Shown one piece after another: positions 28,889 through 39,285 of a DNA stretch of 64,000 bases. The notes below the pieces were generated by a model. The model worked only from the letters and a program-made list of their open reading frames with translations, did no database searches and was not told the origin of the DNA. The translations under genes and the position numbers were made by a program. The DNA is taken from assembly GCA_963705205.1 (NCBI GenBank), contig CAVPJG010000005.1, positions 349,237-413,236 on the forward strand. The letters are read 5' to 3'. Source of the stretch: an uncultured Thermoleophilia bacterium. GTDB lineage: Bacteria; Actinomycetota; Thermoleophilia; UBA2241. The stretch's first letter is position 1. Every line of letters starts with the position of its first letter.

Positions 28889-30967
28889 ATGGCGAAACGT
28901 AAGGTCTCGGATATCGCGACTCAGCGGAAGACGAGTGTCGACGATGTGCTCGCCCACCTCAAGAAGGCGGGCATCGAGGTCGTCGACGGTGAGGTCAGCG
29001 TCGAGGACGAAGCTATCGAGAAGGCCTACGCGGCGCCTGCGGGCGGCGCTGTACGCCGGCGTTCCGGCGGCGGGCCTGCCGGCAAGAAGCGCCGCGTCAT
29101 CATCGACGCCGGCGCGTCACGGCGCGGCGGCGGCCCGGGCGACCGGCGGCGCGGCCGCGGTCGCGGCCGCGGTCGCGAGCGCGAGGAACAGCAGACGACG
29201 CCGGTCGTGCCGACCGGGCTGGTCAAGGTCCCGTCCGGCTCCACGGTCAAGGACATCTCCCAGCTGCTCGGCATCACCACACCCGACATCATCAAGGCGC
29301 TCATGGGCTACGGCGAGATGGTCACCATCACGCAGACGCTGAGCGACGAGGCCATCGAGGTGCTGGCCACCGACTTCGGCCGCGAGGTGGAGATCACCCA
29401 CGCGGCGGACGAAGAGGCGGAGCTCGAGAAGGAAGCGGTCGACGATCCCGAGGATCTCAAGCCGCGCCCGTCCGTGATCACCGTCATGGGCCACGTCGAC
29501 CACGGCAAGACCAGCCTCCTTGACGCCATCCGCGACACCGCCGTGGCGGCCGGCGAGGCCGGCGGCATCACCCAGCACATCGGCGCCTACCAGGTGAGGC
29601 ACAACGGCCAGCTCATCACCTTCATCGACACTCCCGGCCACGCCGCGTTCACCGCCATGCGGGCGCGCGGCGCCAAGGTCACCGACATCGCGGCCATCGT
29701 GGTGGCCGCGGACGACGGCGTCATGCCGCAGACCGTGGAGGCCATCGACCACGCCAAGGCCGCCGGCGTGCCGATCGTGATCGTCGTCAACAAGATCGAC
29801 AAGCCCGACGCCAACATCGAGCGCATCAAGCAGCAGCTCGCCGAGCATGGCATCGTGCCCGAGGAGTGGGGCGGGGACAACGTGTTCGTCGAGGCCAGCG
29901 CCAAGAAACGCATCGGCCTCGAGAACTTCCTCGACATGCTCCTGCTGGTGGCGGAGGTCGGCGACCTCAAGGCCAACCCCGACGCTCCCGCGAGCGGGTT
30001 CATCATCGAGTCTCGCGTCGATCCCGGCCGCGGCGTCGTCGCGACCATGCTCATCAACCGCGGCACGATCCACGTCGGCGACGCGATCGTCGCAGGTGAG
30101 GCCAGCGGCAAGGTGCGCGCCATGCGCGACTTCCGCGGCGAGCCGCTCAAGACCGGTGGGCCCTCTACTCCCGTCGAGATCATCGGCTTCGACGACCTCC
30201 CGGTGGCCGGGGAGTTCTGCCGCGTGGTCAAGGACGAGCGCGCCGCGCGTGCCCTCGGCCACAAGCGCGCCAACCGCCTCAAGACCGAGGCACTCGCCAA
30301 GCAGCATGCGCTCACGCTCGACGACGTCTTCGCGCGCATCGCCGCGGGCAAGGTGCTCGATCTCAACCTGGTGGTCAAGGCCGACGTGCAGGGCAGCCTC
30401 GAGGCGCTCAGCGACGCGCTGCTCAAGATCCAGCACCCCGAGGTCAAGGTGCGCATCATCCACTCCGGCGTCGGCGGCGTGAACGAATCAGACATCATGC
30501 TCGCAAGCGCATCCGCGGCCATCATCATCGGCTTCAACGTGCGTCCGAGCCCGCAGGCCACCGCGCTGGCCGAGACCGAAGGCGTGGACATCCGCACCTA
30601 CCGCGTGATCTACAAGGTCACCGAGGACATCACCGCGGCCCTCGTCGGCATGCTCAAGCCGACCATCGAGGAGATCGTGCTCGGCCAGGCCGAGGTGCGC
30701 ACCACGTTCAAGGCGTCCAAGCTCGGCACCATCGCCGGGTGCATGGTCACGCACGGCAAGATCGTGCGCAATGCGGGCGTGCGCGTGCTGCGCAACGATG
30801 TGGTGGTCCACGACGGCAAGATGACCTCCCTCAAGCGCTTCGCCGAAGACGCGCGCGAGGTCCTGGAAGGCTTCGAATGCGGCATCCTGCTCGACGGCTT
30901 CAACGACCTCAAGGAAGGGGACGTGCTGGAGGCGTATGAGACCAGAGAAGTCGCCCGTGAGGCCTGA
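28889..30967 (+). CDS. infB: Translation initiation factor IF-2
   Basis: 692-aa ORF. G-domain [21 protein letters not shown], and an Arg/Gly-rich N-terminal linker. Confidence 0.95.
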   Translation: MAKRKVSDIATQRKTSVDDVLAHLKKAGIEVVDGEVSVEDEAIEKAYAAPAGGAVRRRSGGGPAGKKRRVIIDAGASRRGGGPGDRRRGRGRGRGREREEQQTTPVVPTGLVKVPSGSTVKDISQLLGITTPDIIKALMGYGEMVTITQTLSDEAIEVLATDFGREVEITHAADEEAELEKEAVDDPEDLKPRPSVITVMGHVDHGKTSLLDAIRDTAVAAGEAGGITQHIGAYQVRHNGQLITFIDTPGHAAFTAMRARGAKVTDIAAIVVAADDGVMPQTVEAIDHAKAAGVPIVIVVNKIDKPDANIERIKQQLAEHGIVPEEWGGDNVFVEASAKKRIGLENFLDMLLLVAEVGDLKANPDAPASGFIIESRVDPGRGVVATMLINRGTIHVGDAIVAGEASGKVRAMRDFRGEPLKTGGPSTPVEIIGFDDLPVAGEFCRVVKDERAARALGHKRANRLKTEALAKQHALTLDDVFARIAAGKVLDLNLVVKADVQGSLEALSDALLKIQHPEVKVRIIHSGVGGVNESDIMLASASAAIIIGFNVRPSPQATALAETEGVDIRTYRVIYKVTEDITAALVGMLKPTIEEIVLGQAEVRTTFKASKLGTIAGCMVTHGKIVRNAGVRVLRNDVVVHDGKMTSLKRFAEDAREVLEGFECGILLDGFNDLKEGDVLEAYETREVAREA

Positions 30968-31280
30968 CGCCTGCCTCGGCGTCTATCTCGCGGAGCTGCA
31001 CTTCCCGGATGCCCGGACGCTCAAGGACAAGCGCGCGCCCCTGGCTTCGCTGCGTGACGTCCTGCAGTCCCGGTTTCGCGCCTCGTTCAGCGAGGTAGGA
31101 CTGCAGGATGCGTGGCAGCGGGCAAGGGTGCTCGTGGTCATCGCCGCCTCGTCGCTCCAGCAGACCCGGGAGCGCCTCGACGACATCGACCGCTACATGC
31201 ACGCGCAGGCCTTCGAGGTCGCTCGCGTGCTGCTCAGGACGGCTGACCCGGTGGATACGGTATGGGACTTCGACTACTAA
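30957..31280 (+). CDS. DUF503 family protein
   Basis: GTG 30957 (alternative ATG 30936). Contains LHFPDARTLKDKRAPLASLRD. Conserved position between infB and rbfA. Confidence 0.75.
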   Translation: MRPDACLGVYLAELHFPDARTLKDKRAPLASLRDVLQSRFRASFSEVGLQDAWQRARVLVVIAASSLQQTRERLDDIDRYMHAQAFEVARVLLRTADPVDTVWDFDY

Positions 31281-31729
31281 AGGTCAACGAAAGCATCAAG
31301 GAGACGCTCTCCTCGGTCATCACCTCCACGGAGCTCAAGGACCCGCGCATCGGGTTCGTGACCGTGACAGGGGTCGAGACCAGTCCAGACCTGCGGCACG
31401 CCAAGGTCTTCGTGAGCGTGCTCGGCGGCCAGACGGAGCGTGATCTCACCATGAAGGCGCTCGAGAAGTCGCGCGGCTTCCTGCAGGCCAAGATCAACGC
31501 CTCATTGCACATGAAGCGCACGCCGCAGCTGCAGTTCTGCTACGACGAGACCCTGGACAACGCCCTGCGCATCGAGCGCGCGCTCAAGCGCGAGGCGGAG
31601 GTGCTCGGCGAGGAGCCGCACGAGATCCCGGTGCCGGGCGTCGAACCGGTGACCGAAGGCGACGAAGACGCCGCCGCGGGCGCTGCGGGCGGCGGCGAAA
31701 CACACGTGACCGGCGAGAACGAGGCGTGA
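31262..31729 (+). CDS. rbfA: Ribosome-binding factor A
   Basis: 155-aa ORF. RbfA core (DPRIGFVTVTGVETSPDLRHAKVFVS) with an acidic C-terminal tail. Confidence 0.85.
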   Translation: MGLRLLKVNESIKETLSSVITSTELKDPRIGFVTVTGVETSPDLRHAKVFVSVLGGQTERDLTMKALEKSRGFLQAKINASLHMKRTPQLQFCYDETLDNALRIERALKREAEVLGEEPHEIPVPGVEPVTEGDEDAAAGAAGGGETHVTGENEA

Positions 31730-32697
31730 AGGCCCTCGCCGCCGACCTCGACGCGGTGTGCCGGCGCATGTGCGGCGAGGGCCGGGTCGCGCTCGCCGTC
31801 CACGAGAAGCCCGACTCCGACGCGCTCGGCGCGGCGGCCGGCATGCTCGACCTGTTCGCGCAGCTCGGCGCCGAGGCCCACCTGTACGTGTCGGAGGACG
31901 AGCTGCTGCCGCTCGGCGACGTGCTGCTTCCGGAGGGGCGCGTGCGGCGTGGCGCGCCGCCGCAGGGCGCCGCGCTCTACGCGCTCGACTCCGGCAATCC
32001 GGACCGCCTCGCCCTGCCGAGCTGGGGCGAGGTCGCGGTCAACATCGACCACCACCACGACAACCCGCGCTACGGAGAGCTCGCCTTCGTGCGCGGCGAG
32101 GCGAGCAGCACGAGCGAGCTCGTGTGCGACATCGCCCGCGCGCTCGGGCTGCGGCCGTCCCCGGCGGCCGCAGCGGCCCTGTACGCGGGCATCTCGTTCG
32201 ACACCGGCCACTTCCATCACGACAGCACTTCGCCGTCCACCTTCCGCACGGCTGCGTGGCTGGTCGAGCTCGGCGTGGACGTCACGGGTATGTACGCGCT
32301 GCTCTACGAGCGCCGGTCGGAGGCGTCGCTGCGCCTGTGGGCCCGGGCCGTCGCCGGCGCGCGCGCGGTCGCCGGCGGCCGCGCCCTTCTGGCTGCGGTC
32401 ACGCGGGACGACTACGCGGCCACCGGTGCGGGGCCGGAGGAGACCGAGAGCGTCGTCGACAGCCTGCGCGGCGTCGACGGCGTGGAGGTCGCCGCCCTCG
32501 TCAAGGAACAGATGAGCGGCGCGCGCGTGCGCGTCAGCCTGCGCTCCGAGACCATCGATGTCAGCGCTATCGCCGCCATGCACGGCGGCGGCGGCCACAA
32601 GCTGGCGGCGGGGTTTTCCAGCGACGACGGTCCCGAGGAGGTGATCGCGTGGCTCAGTTCCGAACTCGCAAGGCGCCTCTCGACGGCGTCCTCCTGA
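31726..32697 (+). CDS. nrnA: DHH-family phosphoesterase (NrnA-like oligoribonuclease/pAp phosphatase)
   Basis: 323-aa ORF. GTGA overlap with rbfA. Motifs DSDALG, NIDHHHDN, GGGGH. Confidence 0.75.
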   Translation: MKALAADLDAVCRRMCGEGRVALAVHEKPDSDALGAAAGMLDLFAQLGAEAHLYVSEDELLPLGDVLLPEGRVRRGAPPQGAALYALDSGNPDRLALPSWGEVAVNIDHHHDNPRYGELAFVRGEASSTSELVCDIARALGLRPSPAAAAALYAGISFDTGHFHHDSTSPSTFRTAAWLVELGVDVTGMYALLYERRSEASLRLWARAVAGARAVAGGRALLAAVTRDDYAATGAGPEETESVVDSLRGVDGVEVAALVKEQMSGARVRVSLRSETIDVSAIAAMHGGGGHKLAAGFSSDDGPEEVIAWLSSELARRLSTASS

Positions 32698-33560
32698 TCG
32701 ACAAGCCCGAGGGTTTCACGTCGCACGACGTCGTCGCCCGGGTGCGGCGGAACCTGCGACCGAGCGTCAAGAAGGTGGGCCACGCCGGGACCCTCGACCC
32801 GTTCGCCACCGGGCTTCTGGTGGTGCTGGCCGGCAGGGCGACCAAGCTGGCCCGGTTCTTCGTCGACCTGCCCAAGGAATACGCGTGCACCGTCCGGTTC
32901 GGCGTGCGCTCGGACACGGGCGACCTCACGGGTCAGCTCACGGAGACCGGCGTGGCGACGACCCGCGCCGCCGTCGACGCGGCCATCCCCGGCTTCCTCG
33001 GGCGCATCCTGCAGAGCGTGCCCATGACCTCGGCTGTGAAGGTGGATGGCGAACGGCTCTACAAGAAGGCCCACCGCGGCGAAGTGGTCGAGACGCCGGT
33101 CAAGGAGGTCGACATCGAGGCGATCGACGTCGTCGAGTTCGACGAGGCCGCGCAGACGATGCGCTGCCGCATCGCGTGCTCCAAGGGCACGTACGTGCGG
33201 CAGCTGGCCATCGACCTCGGAGAGGCCGTGGGCGTCGGGGCGCACCTTGAGCAGCTCTCGCGCACCGCCGTCGGCGATCTGCGGCTGGATGAGGCTCAGA
33301 CCCTGGCCGAGTTCGAGGACGCGATCGGGGAGAGGGAGGCCGGCGACGATCACATCCCCGGCCTCGTGCCGCCGGCGGTGGCGCTGCAGTTCATGCCCGG
33401 CATCGAGCTCTCGGCGGCGCAGGTCACGGCCGTGCGCAATGGCGCGCGCCTGCCGGGCGGCCCCCAGGAGCCGGTGCGGCTCACGTTCCGCGGCGAGCTC
33501 ATCGCCATCTACGGGCCGGCCGAGGAGGGCAACGCCCTCAAGCTCCTCGTCAAGCTCTGA
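32649..33560 (+). CDS. truB: tRNA pseudouridine(55) synthase
   Basis: GTG 32649 is in frame with ORF 31758..33560. Motifs LLIDKPEGFTSHDV and GHAGTLDPFATGLL. 303 aa. Confidence 0.9.
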   Translation: MAQFRTRKAPLDGVLLIDKPEGFTSHDVVARVRRNLRPSVKKVGHAGTLDPFATGLLVVLAGRATKLARFFVDLPKEYACTVRFGVRSDTGDLTGQLTETGVATTRAAVDAAIPGFLGRILQSVPMTSAVKVDGERLYKKAHRGEVVETPVKEVDIEAIDVVEFDEAAQTMRCRIACSKGTYVRQLAIDLGEAVGVGAHLEQLSRTAVGDLRLDEAQTLAEFEDAIGEREAGDDHIPGLVPPAVALQFMPGIELSAAQVTAVRNGARLPGGPQEPVRLTFRGELIAIYGPAEEGNALKLLVKL

Positions 33561-34537
33561 TGGAGGTCGTGGCCGACATCGTGTCGCTGGCGCCGCGGCC
33601 GCGGGCCCTCGCGCTCGGCACGTTCGACGGCGTGCACGCGGGTCACCGCGCGGTGATCGGCCGCGCCGTGCGGCTCGCGCGCGAGCGCGGCCTCACCAGC
33701 GCGGTCGTCACCTTCGACCGGCACCCGCTCGCGGTGATCGACCCCGCGCGGGTGCCGCGTCTGCTCACGTCCAACGAGGAGAAGGTGCGACTGATCGCGG
33801 AGCTCGGTCCGGACGAGCTGGTCATGCTGCCGTTCGATGAAGAGCTCGCCGCGCTCACCCCAGCCGAGTTCTGCGACGGCCTGCTCGCCGGCACGCTGCG
33901 GGCGCGGGTCGTCGTCGTCGGCGAGAACTTCAACTTCGGCGCGCGCGGCGCCGGAGACGCGGCGCAGCTGCGCGCCTGCGGCGTCGCGAACGGCTACGAG
34001 GTCGAGGTCTGCGCGCTGATCACCGAGCACGGTGAGCCCATCAGCTCCACCCGCATCCGCCGGCTGCTGCACGACGGCGAGCTCGAAGAGGTGCGCGAGA
34101 TCCTCGGCCGCCCGCCGTCGGCGAGCGGTGTGGTCGTCCACGGGGACAAGCGCGGACGCACCCTGGGCGTGCCCACGGCGAACGTTGACGTCGAGGCCGG
34201 CACCATCTTCCCCGGCCGCGGTGTCTACGCCGCGCGAGCCCTCGTTGAGGGGCGCTGGTACCGGACCGCCGTCAACATCGGCCACAACCCCACGTTCCAG
34301 AGCCGGGAGGAGCCCACCACACACGTGACCGTGGAGGCGTTTCTCCTCGACTTCAGCGGGGACATCTACGACCGTGAGATCCGCCTCGACTTCCTCCACA
34401 AGATCCGCGACGAGCGGCGCTTCGAGGGCGCGGACGCGCTCGTCGCGCAGATGCTCCTCGACATCGCCGCCGCCGGCTCTCTGGCCGACCCCGAGCTCGA
34501 CGCCGTCGGCCTCGCCGGCAACGCCGGCGCAGCCTGA
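33560..34537 (+). CDS. ribF: Bifunctional riboflavin kinase / FMN adenylyltransferase
   Basis: 325-aa ORF. ATG overlaps the truB stop by 1 nt. Motifs [10 protein letters not shown] and PTANV. Confidence 0.9.
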   Translation: MEVVADIVSLAPRPRALALGTFDGVHAGHRAVIGRAVRLARERGLTSAVVTFDRHPLAVIDPARVPRLLTSNEEKVRLIAELGPDELVMLPFDEELAALTPAEFCDGLLAGTLRARVVVVGENFNFGARGAGDAAQLRACGVANGYEVEVCALITEHGEPISSTRIRRLLHDGELEEVREILGRPPSASGVVVHGDKRGRTLGVPTANVDVEAGTIFPGRGVYAARALVEGRWYRTAVNIGHNPTFQSREEPTTHVTVEAFLLDFSGDIYDREIRLDFLHKIRDERRFEGADALVAQMLLDIAAAGSLADPELDAVGLAGNAGAA

Positions 34538-34667
34538 CCGCGCCCGCTCCGCGGGCTCGGTTTCTCGCCGCCGCCCGCTGTGCTACCCTAGCGCGACCGC
34601 TTTCTCGGTCACGGGCAGCCAACCCGCGACTGGGTTCCCGGATGCTCCCACGAGGGAGGTGAAAAGA

Positions 34668-34937
34668 ATGGCAATGACCAAAGACGCCAAAGAGACCATC
34701 ATCGCCAAGCACGCCAAGCACGACGGCGACACTGGCTCCCCCGAGGTACAGATCGCACTCCTCACCGAGCGCATCACCACCCTCACCGAGCACCTCAAGA
34801 CCCACAAGAAGGACCACCACAGCAGGCGCGGCCTGCTCAAGATGGTCGGTCAGCGTCGCCGCCTGCTCAACTACCTGCAGGCGCGCGACCTCGAGCGCTA
34901 TCGCGCGCTCGTCAAGGAGCTCGAGCTCCGCAAGTAA
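34668..34937 (+). CDS. rpsO: 30S ribosomal protein S15
   Basis: ATG 34668 follows GGGAGGTG. Contains [32 protein letters not shown]. 89 aa. Confidence 0.95.
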   Translation: MAMTKDAKETIIAKHAKHDGDTGSPEVQIALLTERITTLTEHLKTHKKDHHSRRGLLKMVGQRRRLLNYLQARDLERYRALVKELELRK

Positions 34938-35046
34938 CCACCTTCGACGCCAGACGCGTCGATGCCATTCGTCCCCGTGACAACCCACGCCGACGAGAGA
35001 GTACCCGAGCGCAATGGGGCGCCGGGTCAGAGAGACGAAGGAAGAG

Positions 35047-37143
35047 ATGAACACGATTGAAGTAGAAGTCGGGGGTCAGACGATCACCCTCGAGACCGGC
35101 CGCCTCGCCAAGCAGGCCAACGGCGCGGTGCTGGTGCGTCAGGGCGACACCGTCGTCCTGGTCAGCGCGGTCATGCGCGAAGACGTGCGCGAGGGGCAGG
35201 ACTTCTTCCCCCTGACCGTCGACGTGGAAGAGCGGCACTACGCCGCCGGCAAGATCCCCGGCGGCTTCATCAAGCGCGAGTCGCGTCCGAGCGAGAAGGC
35301 GATCCTGGCCGCGCGCCAGATCGACCGTCCCATCCGGCCGCTGTTCCCCAAGGGCTTCATGAACGAGGTCCACATCGTCGCCACCACGCTGTCCGTCGAC
35401 TTCGAGGTGTCCTACGACATCCTCGCGACGCTCGGCGCCTCCGCGGCGCTCACCATCAGCGACATCCCGTTCGGCGGTCCCATCGGCTCCGTGCACGTGG
35501 GCCGCATCGACGGCCAGCTGGTCGTCAACCCGTCGCTCGAGGAGCTCCAGGACGAGTCGGACATGGACCTCGTCGTCACGGGGACCGCCGACGCCATCGT
35601 CATGGTCGAGGCCGGCGCCCAGCAGGTCTCTGAGGGCGTCATCGTCGAGGCACTCAAGCTGGCGCACGAGGAGATCAAGAAGATCGTCGCCGTGCAGCTG
35701 GAGCTGCAGAGGCAGGTCGGCAAGGCCAAGTGGGACGTCCCCGCGATGAGCATCGACGAGGGCGTGCTCGAGGAGGTCCGCACGGGCTTCGCCGCCGCGC
35801 TCGACAGCGCCACCCAGGTGGCGGGCAAGAAGGAGCGCATGGACGCGACGGCCGCGGTCAAGAAGGCCGCGGTCGAGCAGCTCCTGAACGAGGACTCAGA
35901 CCCGGAGCGCGTCGTGCAGGTCAAGCGCGCGCTCGCCAAGGTCGAGAAGGACATCATCCGCGACCGCATCGCCGTGAAGAAGGTCCGGCCTGACGGTCGC
36001 GCGACGGACGAAGTGCGGCCGATCAGCTGTGAGGTCGGGGTCATCCCGCGCACGCACGGCAGCGCCCTGTTCACCCGTGGCGAGACGCAGGCGATGAGCC
36101 TGCTCACGCTCGGCGGCACCGGCGAGTTCCAGCGCATCGACGGCCTCGGCATCGAGGACAAGAAGCGCTACATCCACCACTACAACTTCCCGCCGTACTC
36201 GGTGGGCGAGACCGGCTTCATGCGCGGGCCCAAGCGCCGCGACATCGGCCACGGCGCCCTCGCCGAGCGCGCCCTGCTGCCGGTCCTGCCGAACGAGCTC
36301 GACTTCCCGTACACCGTCCGCATCGTGTCCGAGATCCTCGAGAGCAACGGCTCGTCCTCCATGGCCAGCGTCTGCGGTTCCACGCTCTCGCTCATGGACG
36401 CCGGCGTGCAGATCACCGCCCCGGTGGCCGGGACCGCGATGGGTCTCATCAAGGAGGGCGACGACTACGTCGTGCTCACCGACATCGCCGGCGTGGAAGA
36501 CCACCTCGGCGACATGGACTTCAAGGTCGCCGGCACCGCGGACGGCATCACCGCCCTGCAGATGGACATCAAGATCACCGGCGTGACCTTCGAGATCCTC
36601 ACCGAGGCCCTCGAGCAGGCGCGCAAGGCCCGGCTGCACATCCTCGCCAAGATGGCCGAGGCCATCAGCGAGCCGCGCAGCGAGCTCAGCCAGTGGGCGC
36701 CACGCATCTTCTCGATCCAGATCAACCCCGACCAGATCGGGCTCGTGATCGGCAAGGGCGGCGAGACCATCCGCGGCATGACCGAGGAGTTCAGCGCCGA
36801 CATCGACATCCAGGACGACGGGACGATCTTCATCTGCGCCCCCGACGAGGAGGCCGCGGAGGGCGTCAAGAACCGCATCCAGTCGATGACCAAGGAGGTC
36901 GAGGTCGGCGACGTGTTCACCGGACGCGTCGTCAAGACCACCGACTTCGGCGCCTTCGTCGAGCTCAAGAAGGGCACCGACGGCCTGCTCCACATCTCCC
37001 GCCTCGCGCCCAAGGGCGAGCGCGTGAAGAACGTCGAGGACGTCGTCAAGCGCGGCGACACGGTGACCGTCGAGGTCGTCGAGATCGACAAGGCGCGCAA
37101 CCGCATCGGGCTCACGCTGCTCAAGCCGCCCGAGGCAGAGTAA
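35047..37143 (+). CDS. pnp: Polyribonucleotide nucleotidyltransferase (PNPase)
   Basis: ATG 35047 is in frame with ORF 35014..37143. Two RNase PH domains, KH (GKGGETIR) and S1 domains. 698 aa. Confidence 0.95.
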   Translation: MNTIEVEVGGQTITLETGRLAKQANGAVLVRQGDTVVLVSAVMREDVREGQDFFPLTVDVEERHYAAGKIPGGFIKRESRPSEKAILAARQIDRPIRPLFPKGFMNEVHIVATTLSVDFEVSYDILATLGASAALTISDIPFGGPIGSVHVGRIDGQLVVNPSLEELQDESDMDLVVTGTADAIVMVEAGAQQVSEGVIVEALKLAHEEIKKIVAVQLELQRQVGKAKWDVPAMSIDEGVLEEVRTGFAAALDSATQVAGKKERMDATAAVKKAAVEQLLNEDSDPERVVQVKRALAKVEKDIIRDRIAVKKVRPDGRATDEVRPISCEVGVIPRTHGSALFTRGETQAMSLLTLGGTGEFQRIDGLGIEDKKRYIHHYNFPPYSVGETGFMRGPKRRDIGHGALAERALLPVLPNELDFPYTVRIVSEILESNGSSSMASVCGSTLSLMDAGVQITAPVAGTAMGLIKEGDDYVVLTDIAGVEDHLGDMDFKVAGTADGITALQMDIKITGVTFEILTEALEQARKARLHILAKMAEAISEPRSELSQWAPRIFSIQINPDQIGLVIGKGGETIRGMTEEFSADIDIQDDGTIFICAPDEEAAEGVKNRIQSMTKEVEVGDVFTGRVVKTTDFGAFVELKKGTDGLLHISRLAPKGERVKNVEDVVKRGDTVTVEVVEIDKARNRIGLTLLKPPEAE

Positions 37144-37169
37144 GTAGAAGCGAGAGCAGGGAGCGGGCC

Positions 37170-38438
37170 ACGAAGGCCTACCGCCTGTCGACGCTGGACA
37201 ACGGCCTGCGAGTGGCCACCGAGCGCCTGGATTCCGTGCGCTCGGTGGCCCTCGGGGTCTGGATCGCCGCGGGCTCCCGGCTCGAGCCGGTCGAGCTCGG
37301 CGGCATCTCGCACTTCATCGAGCACCTGATCTTCAAGGGCTCGGACAAGTTCTCGGCGTCCGCGATCGCCCACATCTTCGACGACATGGGCGCGGAACCC
37401 AACGCGTCGACCTCCAAGGAGTACACGCTGGTCAACGCGCGGCTCCTGGACGAGGACCTCGACAAGGCGTTCGAGGTCATCGCGGAGATGGTCGCGCGCC
37501 CCTCGTTCGCCGACCTGGACCAGGAGCGCGAGGTCGTGCTCGAAGAGGTCGCGATGTACGAGGACTCGCCGCCCGAGCTCATCCACGACGACCTCTGCGA
37601 GGTCGTGTTCGGCGAGCACCCGCTCGGGCGGCCCATCATCGGCCACTACGAGACGCTGGCAGCGCTCGACCTCGACACCGTGCGCGGCTACCACGACGCC
37701 CACTATGTGAATCCGGGTGTGGTGATCGCGGCCAGCGGCCACGTCGACCACGAACGCGTCGCCGCGCTCGCCGCCGCGCACTTCCGGCCCGAGCCCGGCG
37801 CCGAGGTCGTGCGCGCCGAGCTGAGCTCACCAGAGACGCGGCACACCGCCCGCTTCACGCAGAAGGACACCGAGCAGTACCACGTGTGCCTCGGCGGTCC
37901 GGGGCCGCGTCGCGGCGACCCGGACAGGTACGCCGCCTTCGTGGTCGACACCGTCCTCGGCGGCTCGTGGAGCTCGCACCTCTTCCAGGAGGTGCGCGAA
38001 AAGCGAGGCCTCGCCTACTCCGTGTACTCGTACACGTCGCTCTACGCGGACGCCGGGCTGGCCGCGGTGTACTTCGGCTCCCGCCAGGAGGCGGTCGAGG
38101 AGGCCATGCGGGTCATCCTCGAGACCCTCGACGGCCTCGAGGCCGACATGACCGACGCCGCCATCAGCCGGGCCAAGAACCACCTCAAGGGGCAGCTGGT
38201 GCTCAGCATGGAGAGCCCGGGAGCGCGCATGCAGGCGCTGGGACGGGCCATCCTCATGGAGCAGCCCGTCCTCACCGTGGACGAGGTGCTCGAGCGCATC
38301 GACGCGGTCGACAGGGACGCTGTCGTCGCCGCGGTGCGGCGGTACTATGACCTGGAGACGTGGTCGACGGCCTGCATAGGGCCCCAGCCGGAGCCGTTCC
38401 GGGCCGTCACCCAGGGGTTCGTCCAGGAGGAACGATAA
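37170..38438 (+). CDS. M16-family (pitrilysin-like) zinc peptidase; start codon uncertain
   Basis: HFIEHLIFKG (HxxEH) motif. Family-like N-terminus KAYRLSTLDNGLRVA begins at codon ACG 37170, which is preceded by AGGGAG. The first canonical start is GTG 37212. Confidence 0.8.
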   Translation, partial: TKAYRLSTLDNGLRVATERLDSVRSVALGVWIAAGSRLEPVELGGISHFIEHLIFKGSDKFSASAIAHIFDDMGAEPNASTSKEYTLVNARLLDEDLDKAFEVIAEMVARPSFADLDQEREVVLEEVAMYEDSPPELIHDDLCEVVFGEHPLGRPIIGHYETLAALDLDTVRGYHDAHYVNPGVVIAASGHVDHERVAALAAAHFRPEPGAEVVRAELSSPETRHTARFTQKDTEQYHVCLGGPGPRRGDPDRYAAFVVDTVLGGSWSSHLFQEVREKRGLAYSVYSYTSLYADAGLAAVYFGSRQEAVEEAMRVILETLDGLEADMTDAAISRAKNHLKGQLVLSMESPGARMQALGRAILMEQPVLTVDEVLERIDAVDRDAVVAAVRRYYDLETWSTACIGPQPEPFRAVTQGFVQEER

Positions 38439-38487
38439 GCGGCATGTCTACGCTGTCCCGCTCGTGTACGCAGGAGGAACGGGCGTC

Positions 38488-39285
38488 ATGATCGACGTGC
38501 TGGTGACCGGGGCGGCCGGCAAGATGGGCGCGCTGAGCGCGGCCACCATCGCCGCGCAGGACGACCTGCGCCTCGCAGCGCTCGTCGACCCGAAGAAGGG
38601 GCACGGGGGGGAGGCGCCGTGGTTCACGGACGTCGAGGCGGCCCTTGCCCTCACGACGCCGGCGGCGGCGCTCGAGTTCAGCGTCCCCGGCGCCGTCTAC
38701 CAGAACAGCGCCGCCCTGCTCGAGGCCGGGGTGCCCACGGTGGTCGGGGCCACCGGGCTGGACGACGACCAGGTCACCGGCCTCTCGGCCAAGGCCGAGG
38801 CGTCCGGCGCCGGGCTCGTCATCGTGCCCAACTTCGCCCTCGGCGCGGTGCTGCTCATGAAGTTCGCCGCCGAGGCGGCGCAGCACTACGAGCACGCCGA
38901 GATCATCGAGACACACGACAAAGCCAAGGCGGACGCGCCGTCGGGGACGTCCTTGCGCACGGCGCGACTCATGGCGGAGGCGCCGGGGTCCGCCCTGGCG
39001 GCTCCACCCGGTGCCGGTCCGGCCTCACGCGGCCTGGTGGCCGACGGCCGCGTGACCATCCACAGCGTGCGCCTGCCCGGCGCGGTGGCGCACCAGGAGG
39101 TCGTGTTCGGCGGCGAGGACGAGCTCCTCACCCTGCGCCACGACTCCCTCTCCCGGCGCTCGTTCATGGCCGGGGTGCTGCTGGCGCTGCGGCGTGTGGG
39201 GACGGTGCGTGGCACCGTCATCGGACTCGAGAACCTGCTGGACCCCCCGGACGCGCCCGGGCGGGCAGCGAAGGAGGACCAGTGA
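38488..39285 (+). CDS. dapB: 4-hydroxy-tetrahydrodipicolinate reductase
   Basis: ATG 38488 lies 9 nt after AGGAGGA. Motifs VTGAAGKMG and ETHDKAKADAPSGT. 265 aa. Confidence 0.9.
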   Translation: MIDVLVTGAAGKMGALSAATIAAQDDLRLAALVDPKKGHGGEAPWFTDVEAALALTTPAAALEFSVPGAVYQNSAALLEAGVPTVVGATGLDDDQVTGLSAKAEASGAGLVIVPNFALGAVLLMKFAAEAAQHYEHAEIIETHDKAKADAPSGTSLRTARLMAEAPGSALAAPPGAGPASRGLVADGRVTIHSVRLPGAVAHQEVVFGGEDELLTLRHDSLSRRSFMAGVLLALRRVGTVRGTVIGLENLLDPPDAPGRAAKEDQ

